This document shows, in pieces, positions 26,298 through 38,500 of a stretch of 61,229 nucleotides of DNA. Source of the stretch: Flavobacteriales bacterium (lineage in GTDB: Bacteria > Bacteroidota > Bacteroidia > Flavobacteriales_F > PHOS-HE28); the NCBI GenBank assembly GCA_031371785.1, contig JANMKC010000122.1, positions 1 through 61,229 of the forward strand. The letters run 5' to 3'. Positions within the stretch are counted from its first letter, which is position 1, and every line of letters begins with the position of its first letter. Made by a program: the position numbers and the translations under genes. The notes below the pieces were generated by a model. The model saw only the letters and a list, made by a program, of their open reading frames with translations, was not told the DNA's origin and did no database searches.

Positions 26298-28544
26298 CTA
26301 CTTGGACAGCACCTTGAATTCCGTTCGGCGATTGCGCTGGTGTTGCTCTTCGTTGCACTTGGTGCATTCGCATTTCTCCACCGGCATCGTTTCGCCATAG
26401 CCCTTGCTGGTCACGCGCGCCTTGTCGATGCCGTGCTTCACCACATGGTCCACGGCGCTCTTGGCGCGTTTCTCCGAGAGGTTCATGTTGTACGGGTCCT
26501 TCCCGCGGCAGTCGGTGTGCGAACTGAGCTCGATCTTCACTGTGGGGTTGTCCATCAGCGTTTGCACCAGCTTGTCCAGTTCGATGGCCGCGTCCGGGCG
26601 GATGTTCCACTTGGCCAGGTCGTAGTAGATGTTGTCCAGCCGCACCACCTGGTTCACTTCCAGCGGGAAGAGCTTGAAGTCGGTATGGATCACCGTGCTC
26701 GTTTTGCCCTTGGTGCTGATGCGTGCGCTCTGCTTGAAGAAGCCGTCCTTCTCCACCCGGATGCGGTAGTCCGATTCCGGCTGCAGGCTGAAGGTGTACT
26801 TGCCATCCGCACCGGTGACCAGCGAATCGATCTCGCGATCGTTCGCGTCGAAGAGCCGCACTTTCACACCGGCGAGCGGGGCCAGTGTTTCGCCGTGCAT
26901 CACCGTTCCCTCCGCACCATAGTCGTACTTGGTGAGTTCGATGGTCACATCGTTGAGCGGATCGATGTCCGGGTTGATGGCCACGCTGTTCTGCAGGTAG
27001 CCGTTCTTGGTAGCGCTCACGGTGTAGGCGCTCTTGAAGGGCAGTTCGATCTCGAACTTGCCGCCATCGAGCATGGTGATCTTCGCATCGTCGATGAAGC
27101 GGCCCGATCCGTCCTTCACGTCGAGCATGGCGGCATCGATGGGCTCGCGCGTTTTCTTGTCGATGATGTGCCCGCTGATATGCTGCATAGGCGGATGCAC
27201 GGTGCAGCCATAGATGTCGTCGCTGCCCTGCCCGCCGGTGCGATCGCTCACGAAGAAGCCGGTGCTGTCATCGCGCAGGAGGATCATGTTGCGATCATCG
27301 AAGCGCGTGTTGAGGGGGTAGCCCATGTTGATCACCGCACTCGGACCCTTCGGCGTGAGGCGGCAGTAGAAGATGTCATATCCGCCGAGTCCCGCGTGGC
27401 CATTGCTGCTGAAATACAGCACGCTGTCCCGGCTCGCGAAGGGGTACATCTCGTTGGCCGAGGTATTCACCTTGGAGCCCATGTTCACCGGCACGCCCCA
27501 CTTGTCGTTTCCCAGGTTCTCGCAGTACCAGATGTCGGTGCCACCGCTTCCTCCGGGCCGGTCGCTCACGAAGTAGAGGCGCTTGCCGTTCGGGCTGATG
27601 CATGGATGACCCGTATTGTATTCGGGGTCGTTGTGTTCGAAGGGAATGAGGCCACCCCATTCGCGCTGGTTGAACTCGCCCGCGGTGATCTCCGAGTAGA
27701 AGATGCCGAGCTTGAGTTCACCATTGCTCGCCTTGTGCAGGGTTCCGTAGAAGACGTTGTCGCGGGTGAAGTAAAGTCGGTGCGCGATGGAGTCATAGGT
27801 GGCTGTACCATCATGGTACCGGCTGTTCACATCCTTGCGCATGACGAGCGGTTCGGCTGCGCTCTGTCCCTTCAGCAGGGCGGTGTAGAGGTTGAGGAAC
27901 GGCTGGTCATCCCACTTGTACTGGTTCTTTCCGCCTATACCCTCGCCGCGTGCGCTGCTGAAGAGGAGCAGGTCGTCCATCACGGTAACACCGAGATCGG
28001 CCTCGGGGCTGTTGATGGGTATGGTGCGAACGGCGCACCGCGTACTGTCGCGCTTCAGGTTCATGAAGAAATCGGTGCGGCCCAAGTAGTCTTTCACGCG
28101 CGCATTGTCCGGGTCCTTCTGGGCATAAGCCTCATACTGCGCGAGCGCTTCGGCGTAGTGTCCGTTGCTGCGCAAAAGGTCGGCGTAGTCGAGCTGGTCA
28201 GGGGGGCTGAGCGGTGCCTTGTTCCCCATCTGCTTGTAGGCGGCCTCGGCCTTCAGGGGTTGGTCCGTACGTTGGTAGGCGAAGGCGAGCTTGCGCCAGT
28301 CATCGGGGGTGGCTTTGTCGCCCGCGGTGATGTCCTCATAGATCGCGGCCATCTTCGGATAATCGAACACGGCGGCGGCCTCGTCGGCCATGTGCTGCTT
28401 GAGCTTTTGACCGTGTGATGCCAGGGGCAGGAGGGAGAGCAGGGGCAGTAGCCAGTAGGCAGTGGCAGCAGGCAGGCGCAGAGGCCACTGCCGACTGCCA
28501 CTGCCTACTGCCAACTCGTGCGAAAGATTGTGCGTGGATCCCAT
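26298..28544 (-). CDS. PorE-like T9SS-associated protein (TPR, TolB-like beta-propeller, CarboxypepD_reg and OmpA_C domains)
   Basis: TPR-like N-terminal region (AFAYQRTDQPLKAEAAYKQM...AEALAQYEAYAQKDPDN). Repeated PD40 motifs (YFVSDRPGGSGGTDIWY; FFVSDRTGGQGSDDIY). Two ISGHIID/VMHGETL CRD-like segments. The OmpA_C end reads IELSSHTDCRG...NMNLSEKRAKSAV...NRRTEFKVL. This four-domain order matches P. gingivalis PorE (PG1058). Confidence 0.8.
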   Translation of the reverse strand: MGSTHNLSHELAVGSGSRQWPLRLPAATAYWLLPLLSLLPLASHGQKLKQHMADEAAAVFDYPKMAAIYEDITAGDKATPDDWRKLAFAYQRTDQPLKAEAAYKQMGNKAPLSPPDQLDYADLLRSNGHYAEALAQYEAYAQKDPDNARVKDYLGRTDFFMNLKRDSTRCAVRTIPINSPEADLGVTVMDDLLLFSSARGEGIGGKNQYKWDDQPFLNLYTALLKGQSAAEPLVMRKDVNSRYHDGTATYDSIAHRLYFTRDNVFYGTLHKASNGELKLGIFYSEITAGEFNQREWGGLIPFEHNDPEYNTGHPCISPNGKRLYFVSDRPGGSGGTDIWYCENLGNDKWGVPVNMGSKVNTSANEMYPFASRDSVLYFSSNGHAGLGGYDIFYCRLTPKGPSAVINMGYPLNTRFDDRNMILLRDDSTGFFVSDRTGGQGSDDIYGCTVHPPMQHISGHIIDKKTREPIDAAMLDVKDGSGRFIDDAKITMLDGGKFEIELPFKSAYTVSATKNGYLQNSVAINPDIDPLNDVTIELTKYDYGAEGTVMHGETLAPLAGVKVRLFDANDREIDSLVTGADGKYTFSLQPESDYRIRVEKDGFFKQSARISTKGKTSTVIHTDFKLFPLEVNQVVRLDNIYYDLAKWNIRPDAAIELDKLVQTLMDNPTVKIELSSHTDCRGKDPYNMNLSEKRAKSAVDHVVKHGIDKARVTSKGYGETMPVEKCECTKCNEEQHQRNRRTEFKVLSK
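28444..28512. repeat. GGCAGT-type hairpin element inside the 5' end of the PorE-like ORF
   Basis: A perfect 16-bp inverted repeat, CAGTAGGCAGTGGCAG (28453-28468) / CTGCCACTGCCTACTG (28497-28512). Its arms are built of GGCAGTA/GCCAGTA/GGCAGTG-like units. Confidence 0.7.
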
Positions 28545-28547
28545 CGA

Positions 28548-29555
28548 TCAGAAATAACGCGGTGAACGGATGCCTTTCAATTTGTTGCCGAACTCGAAGC
28601 CAAGCATGAACTCGTGGGACCCGCCGCTGTGGTCGTGCAGGATCGAGAGCGGATAGTCGTAAGCGTATCCCACGGTGAGGTCGTTCGTGAGGTTGTACTG
28701 CGCGAGCAGGCCCACCGCATCGGTATGCCGGTACATGGCACCGAGCCAGAACTTCTCATAGAAGAGGAAGTTGGCGGTGAGGTCGAAGCTGATCGGCGCA
28801 CCGTCCACGGCCTTCACCATGAAGGTGGGTTTGAACTTGATGTAGGTGCTGAGATCGAACACGTAGCCCCCGGTGATGAACCAGTGCGCGCGCTGGCCCG
28901 CCTGCCACACAGAGGCCGCCGTGCTGTCCGATATCGACGCGTTCTCGAAGAGTTTCGTGCTCAACATCTTCGGCGTGCTGATGCCGAGGTAGTGGCGCTC
29001 GCCATACCACATGGCACCGAAGCCGAACTGCGGATCGAGCTTCTGCTGCACGTTCTGCTGGAAGACCTGGTCGTTCTGTTCGAGCGGATGCAGCTCCGCG
29101 AACTTTCCTTGGAACAGGTTCATGCCGCCCTTGATGCCGAAGGCGAGCTTGGTGTTGTGGGAGAGGAACATGCGGTAGGCCACATCGACCATGAAGCCGT
29201 ACTGCGTTACCGGGCCATGCTCATCGCGCATCAACGTGCCGCCCACGCCCAGGCTCTCCATGAGGAAGGGGCTATGCACGGTGAGCGTTTGCGTGGTAGG
29301 CGCGCCAGCGAAGCCCACCCATTGGTGGCGGCTCAACGCCTTCAAGCTCACCCGTTCGGCGCTTCCCGCATAGGCAGGGTTGATCGCGAGCAGGTTGAAC
29401 ATGTACTGCGTGAACTGCGGATCCTGCTGCGCGCGGGAAACGTCCGGCAGCATAGTCATCGCGATCAATAGAGGAGCGAAATATCGCGCCCATGCAGCGC
29501 GGGGCCACGCGCCCGCGACGCGTGTATCGCCCAAGGAGAAGATCATGCGTGCCAT
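28548..29555 (-). CDS. PorP/SprF family type IX secretion system membrane protein
   Basis: The diagnostic N-terminal motif after the signal peptide is QQDPQFTQYMFNLLAINPAYAG. The protein is about 335 aa with a beta-barrel-like alternating pattern. Its ATG overlaps the stop of the giant cargo gene by 1 nt (TGATG). Confidence 0.9.
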   Translation of the reverse strand: MARMIFSLGDTRVAGAWPRAAWARYFAPLLIAMTMLPDVSRAQQDPQFTQYMFNLLAINPAYAGSAERVSLKALSRHQWVGFAGAPTTQTLTVHSPFLMESLGVGGTLMRDEHGPVTQYGFMVDVAYRMFLSHNTKLAFGIKGGMNLFQGKFAELHPLEQNDQVFQQNVQQKLDPQFGFGAMWYGERHYLGISTPKMLSTKLFENASISDSTAASVWQAGQRAHWFITGGYVFDLSTYIKFKPTFMVKAVDGAPISFDLTANFLFYEKFWLGAMYRHTDAVGLLAQYNLTNDLTVGYAYDYPLSILHDHSGGSHEFMLGFEFGNKLKGIRSPRYF

Positions 29556-32500
29556 CAGCGTTTCAGGTAGATGTATCCAGTGATCATGTCGTCGCCATTG
29601 CCCAGGTCGAGGACATAGTAGTAGGTGCTTTCGGGCAGTTCCTCGCCCCAGTTCATGTCGCCTTCACTACGGCCGTCCCAGTTGTTGTTGTAGGGGCTGC
29701 GGTCCAGCACCTGGCTGCCCCAGCGGTTGAAGACCTGGAAGGTGTTCTTTGGATAGTACTCCAAGCCCTCGATCACATACGTGTCGTTCACACCATCGCC
29801 GTTCGGGCTGAAGGCGTCGGGGATGGTGAGCTTCGCGCAATCGGTGAGCACCACCAGTATGCTGTCCGATGTCGTCCCGCAAACGCCGTTCACCACGGTC
29901 CACAGGAAGATGTTCTCGCCGAGCGCGAGCTGTGTCACATCCGTGGCGCTGTCCGCCGGGTCCACGATGTTGCCGGATCCACCGATCAACGTCCATGCGC
30001 CGATGGCGGTGTTGGAAAGCAGGGGTACCGCGTGCAATTGTGTTTCGGTGGTGTCCTGGCAATAGCTCTGGTCCGGTCCCGCGTCCGCTGGATGTTCCGA
30101 GGAGTCGAACACGGAGATGATCACCGCGTCCGACGTGCTTCCACACGCCCCGTTATCGATCGTCCACAAGAAGGTGTTCTCGCCAAAGCTGATGTCGGTG
30201 ATGGTGGTGAACGGATCGAGGGGATCGGTGATGGTGCCGCTGCCACTGCCGATAGTCCAAGCACCACTCGCTGGCGGTGTTGGCACGGTGGCGGTCATCG
30301 CCGCATCGCCGTTCGCCGGCACGCAGAATTGCTGGTCCGGTCCGGCGGCGGCCGATGGCGCATTGTTGTCGAAGAGGCTCACCACGATAGTGTCGGAGGT
30401 CAGGCCATTGGCACACGGTCCATTATTGATGGTCCAGGCCAGCACCAGGTTACCGACCCCGATCCCGGTGATGGCCGTTGTCGGTGACGACGGGTCCGCC
30501 AACTGGCCGGTGCCGGTCACGATGGTCCATTGACCGGTGGCCGGTGCGGTTGGGGCATTGCCCGCCATAGCGGTGCCGGTCGTTGGTGTGCATAGCTGCA
30601 CATCGGGTCCGGCGTTCGCGTTCGGCGATGCGGCATTGAAGATGGTGATCGTCAGATCGTCGCTCGTGGTTCCGCACGGGCCGTTGCTGATCGTCCAAGT
30701 GAACACGCTCACACCGACATCGAGATCGGTGATCCCGCTGTTCGGATCGTTGGGATCCGCGATGGTTCCCGTGCCGCTCACGAGCGTCCACGTTCCGCTG
30801 GCTGGATAGGTAGGCACGTTGCCCGCCATCGTTACCGTGTTCGGTTGCGTGGGTATGCAGATCGATTGGTCCGGTCCAGAGCCCGCAGGTGCCGCATTGC
30901 CATCGAACATCTGTATCAGTACCGTATCGGTGGTGGTTCCGCAGGCACCGTTGTCGATCGTCCACACGAAGATGTTGTCGCCCACGGCGATGTTGGTCGC
31001 AGTGGTCTGCGGGTCGCTCGGACCGGTGATCGTCGCACTGCCGCTGATGAGCGTCCAGCTACCGGTGCCGGGGAACGTGGCGGGGTTGCCAGCCATGGTG
31101 GCCGTTGTATTCGGTGTGCAGAACTGCTGATCGGGTCCTGCTGCGGCCGGTGCGGCGGTGCTGTCGAACACCGCTATGTTCACGGTGTCCTGCGAGGGTG
31201 GTCCTTGACCGCACTGTCCGTTGTACACCAGCCATTGGAAGGTGTTGTTGCCGATCGTGAGGCCGGTGATGCTGGCTGTGGGATCATGGATGTCGGAGAT
31301 CACACCGGTGCCGTTGATCAAGGTCCAAGTGCCTTCACCGGGGAAGGTGGGCACGAGCGCTTGCATCGTGGTGGTGGTATCGGGCGTGCAGTGTTCCTGG
31401 TCCGGTCCAGCGTCCGCAGCCGGTGCGGTAGGATCGTAGGTGTACACGAGCATCGTATCCGTGAGCAATCCATTGTTCGGGCAGGGGCCGAGGTCCAGCG
31501 TCCACACGAACGTGCTGATGCCGACGGTGAGATCGGTGATCAGGGTTGCGGTATCGAGCGGGTCGACGATGGTGCCGCTGCCGCTGGCCAAGGACCAGAT
31601 ACCTGTCGCGGGCAATTGCGGTGCTACGCCTTGCAGATGAATGGTGGTTTGCGGCAGGCAGGTTTCCAGGTCAGGACCGGCGTTCGGTGCGCTCGTGCTG
31701 TCGCTGAAGAGGATCACCGTCATGGTGTCCGAGGTGATCGGGTTGTTGCACGGGCCGTTGTTCACCGTCCATGCGAAGGTGTTGTAGCCGATGGTGAGGC
31801 CCACCACTTTGGAACCCGGATCATGCGTATCGGCGAAGAGGCCAGCACCGGAAACCAGCGACCATGTTCCCTCCGCGGGGAAGGTGGGCGTGTTGCCGGC
31901 GAGGTAGATGCTGTCCTGCGGTGTGCAGATCTCCACATCGGGTCCTGCGTTCGCGGGCGGGTTGAACTCGTCGTAGATGAACACGCTCACGCTGTCATGG
32001 CTGATGCCGCAGACGCCGTTCTCGAGCGTCCATACCAGGATGTTCTCACCCACGATGAGGCCGTCAACGTCCGTGGTCGGGCTCGCGGGATCGATGAAGT
32101 TGGCGCTGCCTTGTGCCACGCTCCACACACCGGTACCGGGAGCCGTCGCGTTGTTGGCGGCCATCGTTGTGCTCGTGTTCGGCGTACACTGCGATTGATC
32201 AGGACCCGCTGCGGCGGGCGGCGAGTTGAGGTCGAAGAGCAGGATGCTTGCATCGTCGCTCGTGAGTCCGTTCGCGCAGGGTCCATTGCTCACCGTCCAG
32301 GTAAAGACGTTCACGCCGATACCCAGATCCGTAACGGTGGTGTTCGGATCGCTCGGATCGGTGATCGTTCCTTGTCCGCTCGCCAGTGTCCATGTGCCCG
32401 TGGCTGGGAAGGTGTAAGAACTGCCCGCAAGGGTGGCGCTTGTTACCGGTGTGCAGATCTGCTGATCGGTACCGGCATCGGCCACAGGGTTGTTCACGTC

Positions 32501-35500
32501 GTAGACGAAGATGCTCACGAGGTCCGTGGTCAGCGGGTTGTTGCATGGCCCGTTGCTCACGGTCCATAGGAAAATGTTCTCGCCAATGGTGAGGTTGGTG
32601 ATCGCCGTGTTCGGAACGCTCGGATCGGCGATGTCGCCCGTACCCGTTACCAGCGTCCATGTTCCGGTGGCGGGGAAGGTGATGGCGCTACCGGCCATGG
32701 TGGTGTTCGTGTTCGGTGTGCAGAGTTCCTGATCCGGTCCTGCATCGGCCACGGGGTTCTGGTCATCGTAGAGGAAGATGCTCAGTTGGTCGGTGGAGAT
32801 GCCGCTCTCGCACGGCCCGTTGTTCACCGTCCAGCGGATGATCGTTTCGCCCACGGTCAACCCACTGATCGTCGTGTTCGGATCGTTCGCATCGGCGAAG
32901 GCACCGTTGCCCTGCAGGATCGTCCATGTTCCGATAGCCGGGAAGATCACATTGCTGCCCGTGAGCTGCGCGCTCGTGGTCGGGGTGCAGAGGCTCTGAT
33001 CCGGTCCCGCATCGGCCACCGGGTTGGTGGCATCGAAGAGGAATATGCTCATCGTGTCCGAGGTGAGCGGGTTGGCGCATGGGCCGTTGCTCACCGTCCA
33101 CACGAAGATGTTCTCGCCCACGGTAAGGCCGCTCACCGCCGAGTTCGGATCGCTCGCGTTCGCCACGTTGCCTGTGCCACTGAACAATGTCCAAGCGCCG
33201 GTGGCAGGGAAGGTGATGGGGCTGCCGCTGAGCACCGCATCGCTGGTCGGCGTGCAGAGCTGTTGGTCAGGGCCGGCGTTAGCAACAGGATTTTGGTCGT
33301 CGAAAATGAAGATGCTCACCTGGTCGGTGGTCGGTGCGCCGCAAGGTCCGTTGTCCACCGTCCACTGGAAGATGTTCTCGCCGATGGTGAGCCCGTCAAC
33401 GGCCGAGTTCGGATCGGAAGGATCGGCGATGTTGCCCGTGCCCCCGATCAGCGTCCACGATCCGCTCGCGGGGAAGGTTACTGCCGAGCCTTGCAGGTTG
33501 GTCGTGCTCGTCGGTGTGCAGAACTGTTGATCGGCACCGGCGTTCGCGCCCACGTTGTTGTTGTCGAAGAGGAGGATCGTGACGGTGTCCGAAGTGAGCC
33601 CGTTCGCGCAAGGTCCGTTGCTCACGGTCCATGCGAACACGTTCGCGCCGACGTCAAGACCGGTCACCGAGGAGTTCGGGTCGTTCGCGTCCGCGATCGC
33701 TCCGGCACCGCTCACCAATGTCCATGTGCCTTGTGCGGGGAAGGTGATGGCGCTGCCAGCGAACGATGTGCTCGTGGTCGGCGTGCAGAGGTTCTGGTCG
33801 GGCCCGGCGTTGGCCACCGGGTTGTTCACGTCGAAGACGAAGATGCTCACCACATCGGTGGTCAACGGGTTCGCGCAAGGCCCGTTCGCCATGCTCCATT
33901 GCAGGATGTTCTCGCCGATGGTCAATGCGCTTACTGTGGCGTTCGGGTCGTTGGGATCACTGAAGATGCCGGTGCCTTGCAGTACTGTCCATGTGCCTTG
34001 CGCAGGGAATGTCGCGTTGCTGCCGGCGAGTGTGGTGCTCGTGTTCGGCGTACACAGCTCCTGGTCCGGTCCCGCATCGGCCACCGGGTTCAGGTCGTCG
34101 AAGACGAAGATGCTCACCTGATCGGTCGTGATGCCGTTCGCGCACGGTCCGTTGCTCACGGTCCACACGAAGATGTTCTCACCCACGGTAAGGCCGCTCA
34201 CCGCCGTGTTCGGATCGTTCGCATCGGCAATGATGCCGGTGCCGCCCGCGAGTGTCCATGTTCCGCTCGCGGGGAAGGTGGGTGTGTTGCCCGCGAGGTT
34301 GGTCGTGCTCACCGGTGTGCAGATCTGCTGGTCCGGTCCTGCATCGGCCGCCGCGTTGTTCGCGTCGTAAACGAACACGCTCATCTGGTCGGTGGTGGTG
34401 CCGTTCGCGCACGGACCATTGTTCACGCTCCACTGGAAGATGTTCTCACCCACGGTGAGGCCGCTCACGGATGTGTTCGGATCGTTCGCATCGGCGAATG
34501 TGCCGGTGCCTTGCACGAGAGTCCATGTGCCTTGTGCGGGGAAGATCACGCTGCTGCCTGCGAGCGCGGTGCTCGCGGTAGGCGTGCAGAGTTCCTGGTC
34601 GGGTCCCGCGTTCGCATCGGCGTTGCCGTTATCGAAGAGGAAGATGCTCACCGCATCGGTGCTGCTTCCACACGGGCCGTTGCTGATGCTCCATTGCAGG
34701 ATGTTCTCGCCCACGGTCAATCCGCTCACCGTGGTGTTCGGATCATTCGCATCGGCGAAGGTGCCGCCACCTTGCAACACGGTCCATGTGCCCACGGCCA
34801 CGCCTACGGTGCTGTTCGCAGCGAGCGTGGCGGAAGTGGTCGGTGTACACAACTGCTGGTCGGGTCCCGCATCGGCGGAAGCGGCCGCGTTGTCATAGAT
34901 GTTGATCGTTACCTGGTCGGTAGTGATGCCACCGCAAGGGCCATTGTCCACGGTCCATAGGAACACGTTCGCACCGACACCCAGATCGATGACGGTGCTG
35001 TTCGCCGCCGTGGGATCGCTGATCGTACCGTTGCCGCTCACCAGCGTCCATGTGCCGGTGGAAGGGAAGCTGTAGTTGCTGCCGCTGAGGGTGGCGGTGT
35101 TCGTCGGCAGGCAGAGGTCCTGATCGCTACCGGCATTGGCCACGGCCTGTTGGGCGTCGTACACGAAAATGCTCACCAGGTCGCTCGAACTTCCGCAGGT
35201 GCCATTGTCCAGCGTCCATTGCAGTACCACTTCGCCCACGGCGAAACCATTGGCGGTAGCATTGGGATCGGCGGGATCGCTCAGTGTCACCGTGCCGCTC
35301 ACGACGCTCCAGAAACCGGTGCTCACCCCAGTGGGCGCGTTGCCTTGCAATTGCACGTTCGATCCGATGCCGCACACGCTTTGATCGGAACCGGCGTCGG
35401 CGTTGGGCGCGTTGTCATCGAACACGTTGATCGTTACCTGATCACTGGTGAAGCCTGTGCCGCAGGGGCCATTGTTCACGAACCAGGCGAACACATTGGC

Positions 35501-38500
35501 ACCTATGCTCAGATTGCTTACCGTGGAATTCGGCAGGGTCGGATCGGAGAAGGTGCCCGTGCCGCTCACGGTGCTCCACGACCCGGTGGCCGGGAAGATC
35601 AGCGTGCTCGCCTGCATCACCGTGGTGGTGGTTCCGCAGAGGTTCTGCGTGGGGCCCGCATCCGCATCCGGGGTGTTCGCATCATAAAGGAAGATGCTCA
35701 CCTGGTCGGTGGTGAACGCGTTCGCACAAGGCCCGTTGTCCACGCTCCACACGAAGGTGTTCTGGCCAACGCTCAATCCGTTCACCGTGGTGTTCGGAGC
35801 GTTGGCGTCCTGGAAAACACCGGTGCCCTGTGTCACCGTCCATACGCCGGTGGCGGGGAAGATGAGGCTGCTGCCGTTGAGCGTGGTGGAGGTAGTGGGT
35901 GTACACAGATCCTCGTTCGGGCCAGCGTTCGCCACCGGGTTGTTGAGATCATAGACACTGATCGTCACCTGATCGCTGGAGATCGGGTTGGCGCATGGTC
36001 CGTTGTTCAGTGTCCACTGGAAAATGTACACACCGGGCGAAATGCCGGAGACCGTGGTGTTGGGGTTGGTCGGGTTGGTGATGGTACCGGTGCCTTGTAC
36101 GATGGTCCAGAGACCGGTGGCAGGGAACGTCGGCGTGTTGCCGTTCAACAGCAGGAGCGCTACCGGCGTACACACGGATTGTTCGTTGCCGGCATTGGCC
36201 ACCGGGCTGTTCGGATCGTACACCGTGATGGTCACTTGATCGCTGGTGACACCCGGAGCGCAGGGGCCATTGTCCACCGTCCATTGGAAAACGTTCACGC
36301 CGATGGGGATCCCGAAGGCGAGCGTATTCGGATCGTTCGCATCGGAGAAATTGCCCGTGCCGCTTATCACGGTCCACACACCCTGTCCGGGGAAGATGGT
36401 AGCGCTGCCGTTCAAGGTCACCTGCGCCACGCCATTGTCGGAGCAGGCGCTCTGGTCGGCACCCGCGTCGGCCGCGCTCTGTCCCGCATCATATACATAG
36501 ATGGTCATCGGGTCGCTGCTCACGCCGCAAGCACCGTTGTTGATGTTCCATACAAGGATGTTCGCGCCCACGCCCAAGCCGCTCACGGAGGAGGTGGCGC
36601 TGGTAGCGTTGCCGAACGTGGCGGTGCCTTGCTGCACGGTCCAGGATCCGGTAGCGGGGAAGGTGGGTGCATTGCCCGCGAGTGTGGTGCTGGCCGCATC
36701 ACTGCAGAGGTTCTGGTCGGCTCCGGCGTTGGCCGCTTGTGCAGCGCCGTTGAAGACGTTGATCGTCACATTGTCCGTAGTGGTTCCCGGAACGCACGGA
36801 CCGTTGTTTACCATCCAGCTGAAGACGTTCGCTCCGAGACCGAGGCCGGTGATCTGCGAGTTGGGATCGCTGGCCGTTATGATCGTGCCGCTGCCGCTTA
36901 CGAGCGCCCATGTGCCGGTAGCTGGTGAGGTGAGTGGACTGCCGGCCATCACCGTGCTGGTGATCGGCGTGCAGAGGTTCTGGTCAGGCCCCGCATTGGC
37001 CGCGGGGTTCGCGGCGTCGAACACGAACACGCTCACTTGGTCGCTCGTGATCGGGTTCACACAGGGACCGTTGTCGATGGTCCATTGGAACACGCTCGTA
37101 CCCACGTCGAGCCCCGTTACGGTGGTGGTGAAGTTGTTCGGTGAGGTGATGATCCCGATGCCGCTCACCAAGGTCCATGTGCCGATGGCCGGATAGATCA
37201 CCGGAAGTCCTGATAGTGTGACCGTGTTAGGGAACGTGGGTACGCAGATGCTCTGGTCGGGACCGGCGAAGGCCACATCCTGGCGGTTGTCGTACACCTT
37301 GATCAGCACGTCATCAGTGGTCACCGCACCACAGGGGCCGTTGCTCACGGTCCAGCGGAAGATGTTGTCCCCGATGCCAAGGCCGGTGATCAGGGTAGTG
37401 GGACTGCCATGCGCCACGATGGTGCCGCTACCACTGACCAATGTCCAGTCGCCCGTTGCGGGGAAGATGAGGGAACTGCCCGCCATGTTGGTGCTGGTAT
37501 CCGGGCGGCAGAGCGATTGGTCGGGTCCGGCATTGGCCACCGGGTTGTTCGCATCGAAGAGGAAGATGCTCACCACATCATTGGTGATGCCGCTCGCGCA
37601 GGGTCCATTGTTCACTGTCCAGCGGAAGATGTTCTCGCCGACGATCAATCCGCTTACTGCGGTGTTGCGCAGGTTCGCATTGGCGAAGACGCCTGCACCT
37701 TGCACCACGGTCCACGTGCCGACGGCGGGCGCTATCACGTTGCTGCCTGCGAGCGTCGTGCTGGTTGTCGGTGTGCAGAGGTTCTGGTCAGGCCCGGCGT
37801 TGGCCACCGGGTTGGCGTTGCTGAATACCAGTATGGACACTTGGTCGCTGCTCGTTCCGCAGGATCCGTTGTTGATGTTCCACTGCACGATCACTGTGCC
37901 CACACCAAGACCGGTGAGGGTAGTGGTCGTTGCGTTCGGTGAAGTGATCGTGCCGGTACCGCTGATCAAGGTCCATGATCCGGTGGCGCTACCTATCGGT
38001 GCGTTACCGGTGACCGTGGCGACAGGGCTCGTGGAGCAGACGCTTTGATCCGCGCCCGCATTGGCGGGTTGTGCGTTCTGGTCGAAGATGTTGATCGTCA
38101 CCAGGTCGTTGGTAGCAGCACCGCACGGCCCGTTGATCACGGTCCATCGGAACACGTTCGCACCAACGCCAAGGTTGGAGATCGACGTGGTAGGCGAGTT
38201 CACTGCGGCGATGGTTCCGCTGCCGCCCACGAGGGTCCATGTGCCAGTGGCGGGGAAGATCACGTTGCTGCCCGCCATGGTCGCCGTGGTGAAGGGCGTA
38301 CACTGGTTCTGGTCAGGTCCGGCGTTGGCCACCGGGTTGTTCACGTCGAAGACGAACACGCTCACCTGGTCGCTCGTGGTGCCACAGGGTCCGTTGTTCA
38401 CGCTCCATTGGAACACGTTGTTGCCAACGCCGAGGTTGGTGATGGAGGTGAAGGGCGAAGCGGCCGCAGTGATGGTGCCGCTGCCACTGATCAAGGTCCA

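Noticed and set aside
30845-36928. A series of long plus-strand ORFs inside the giant adhesin gene (574, 724 and 592 aa, among others), with periodic sequence.
   Set aside because: They mirror the ~260-bp coding repeat on the opposite strand, are Arg/Gly/His/Val-rich and have no motifs. They are by-products of the repeat plus high GC, not an overlapping gene array.
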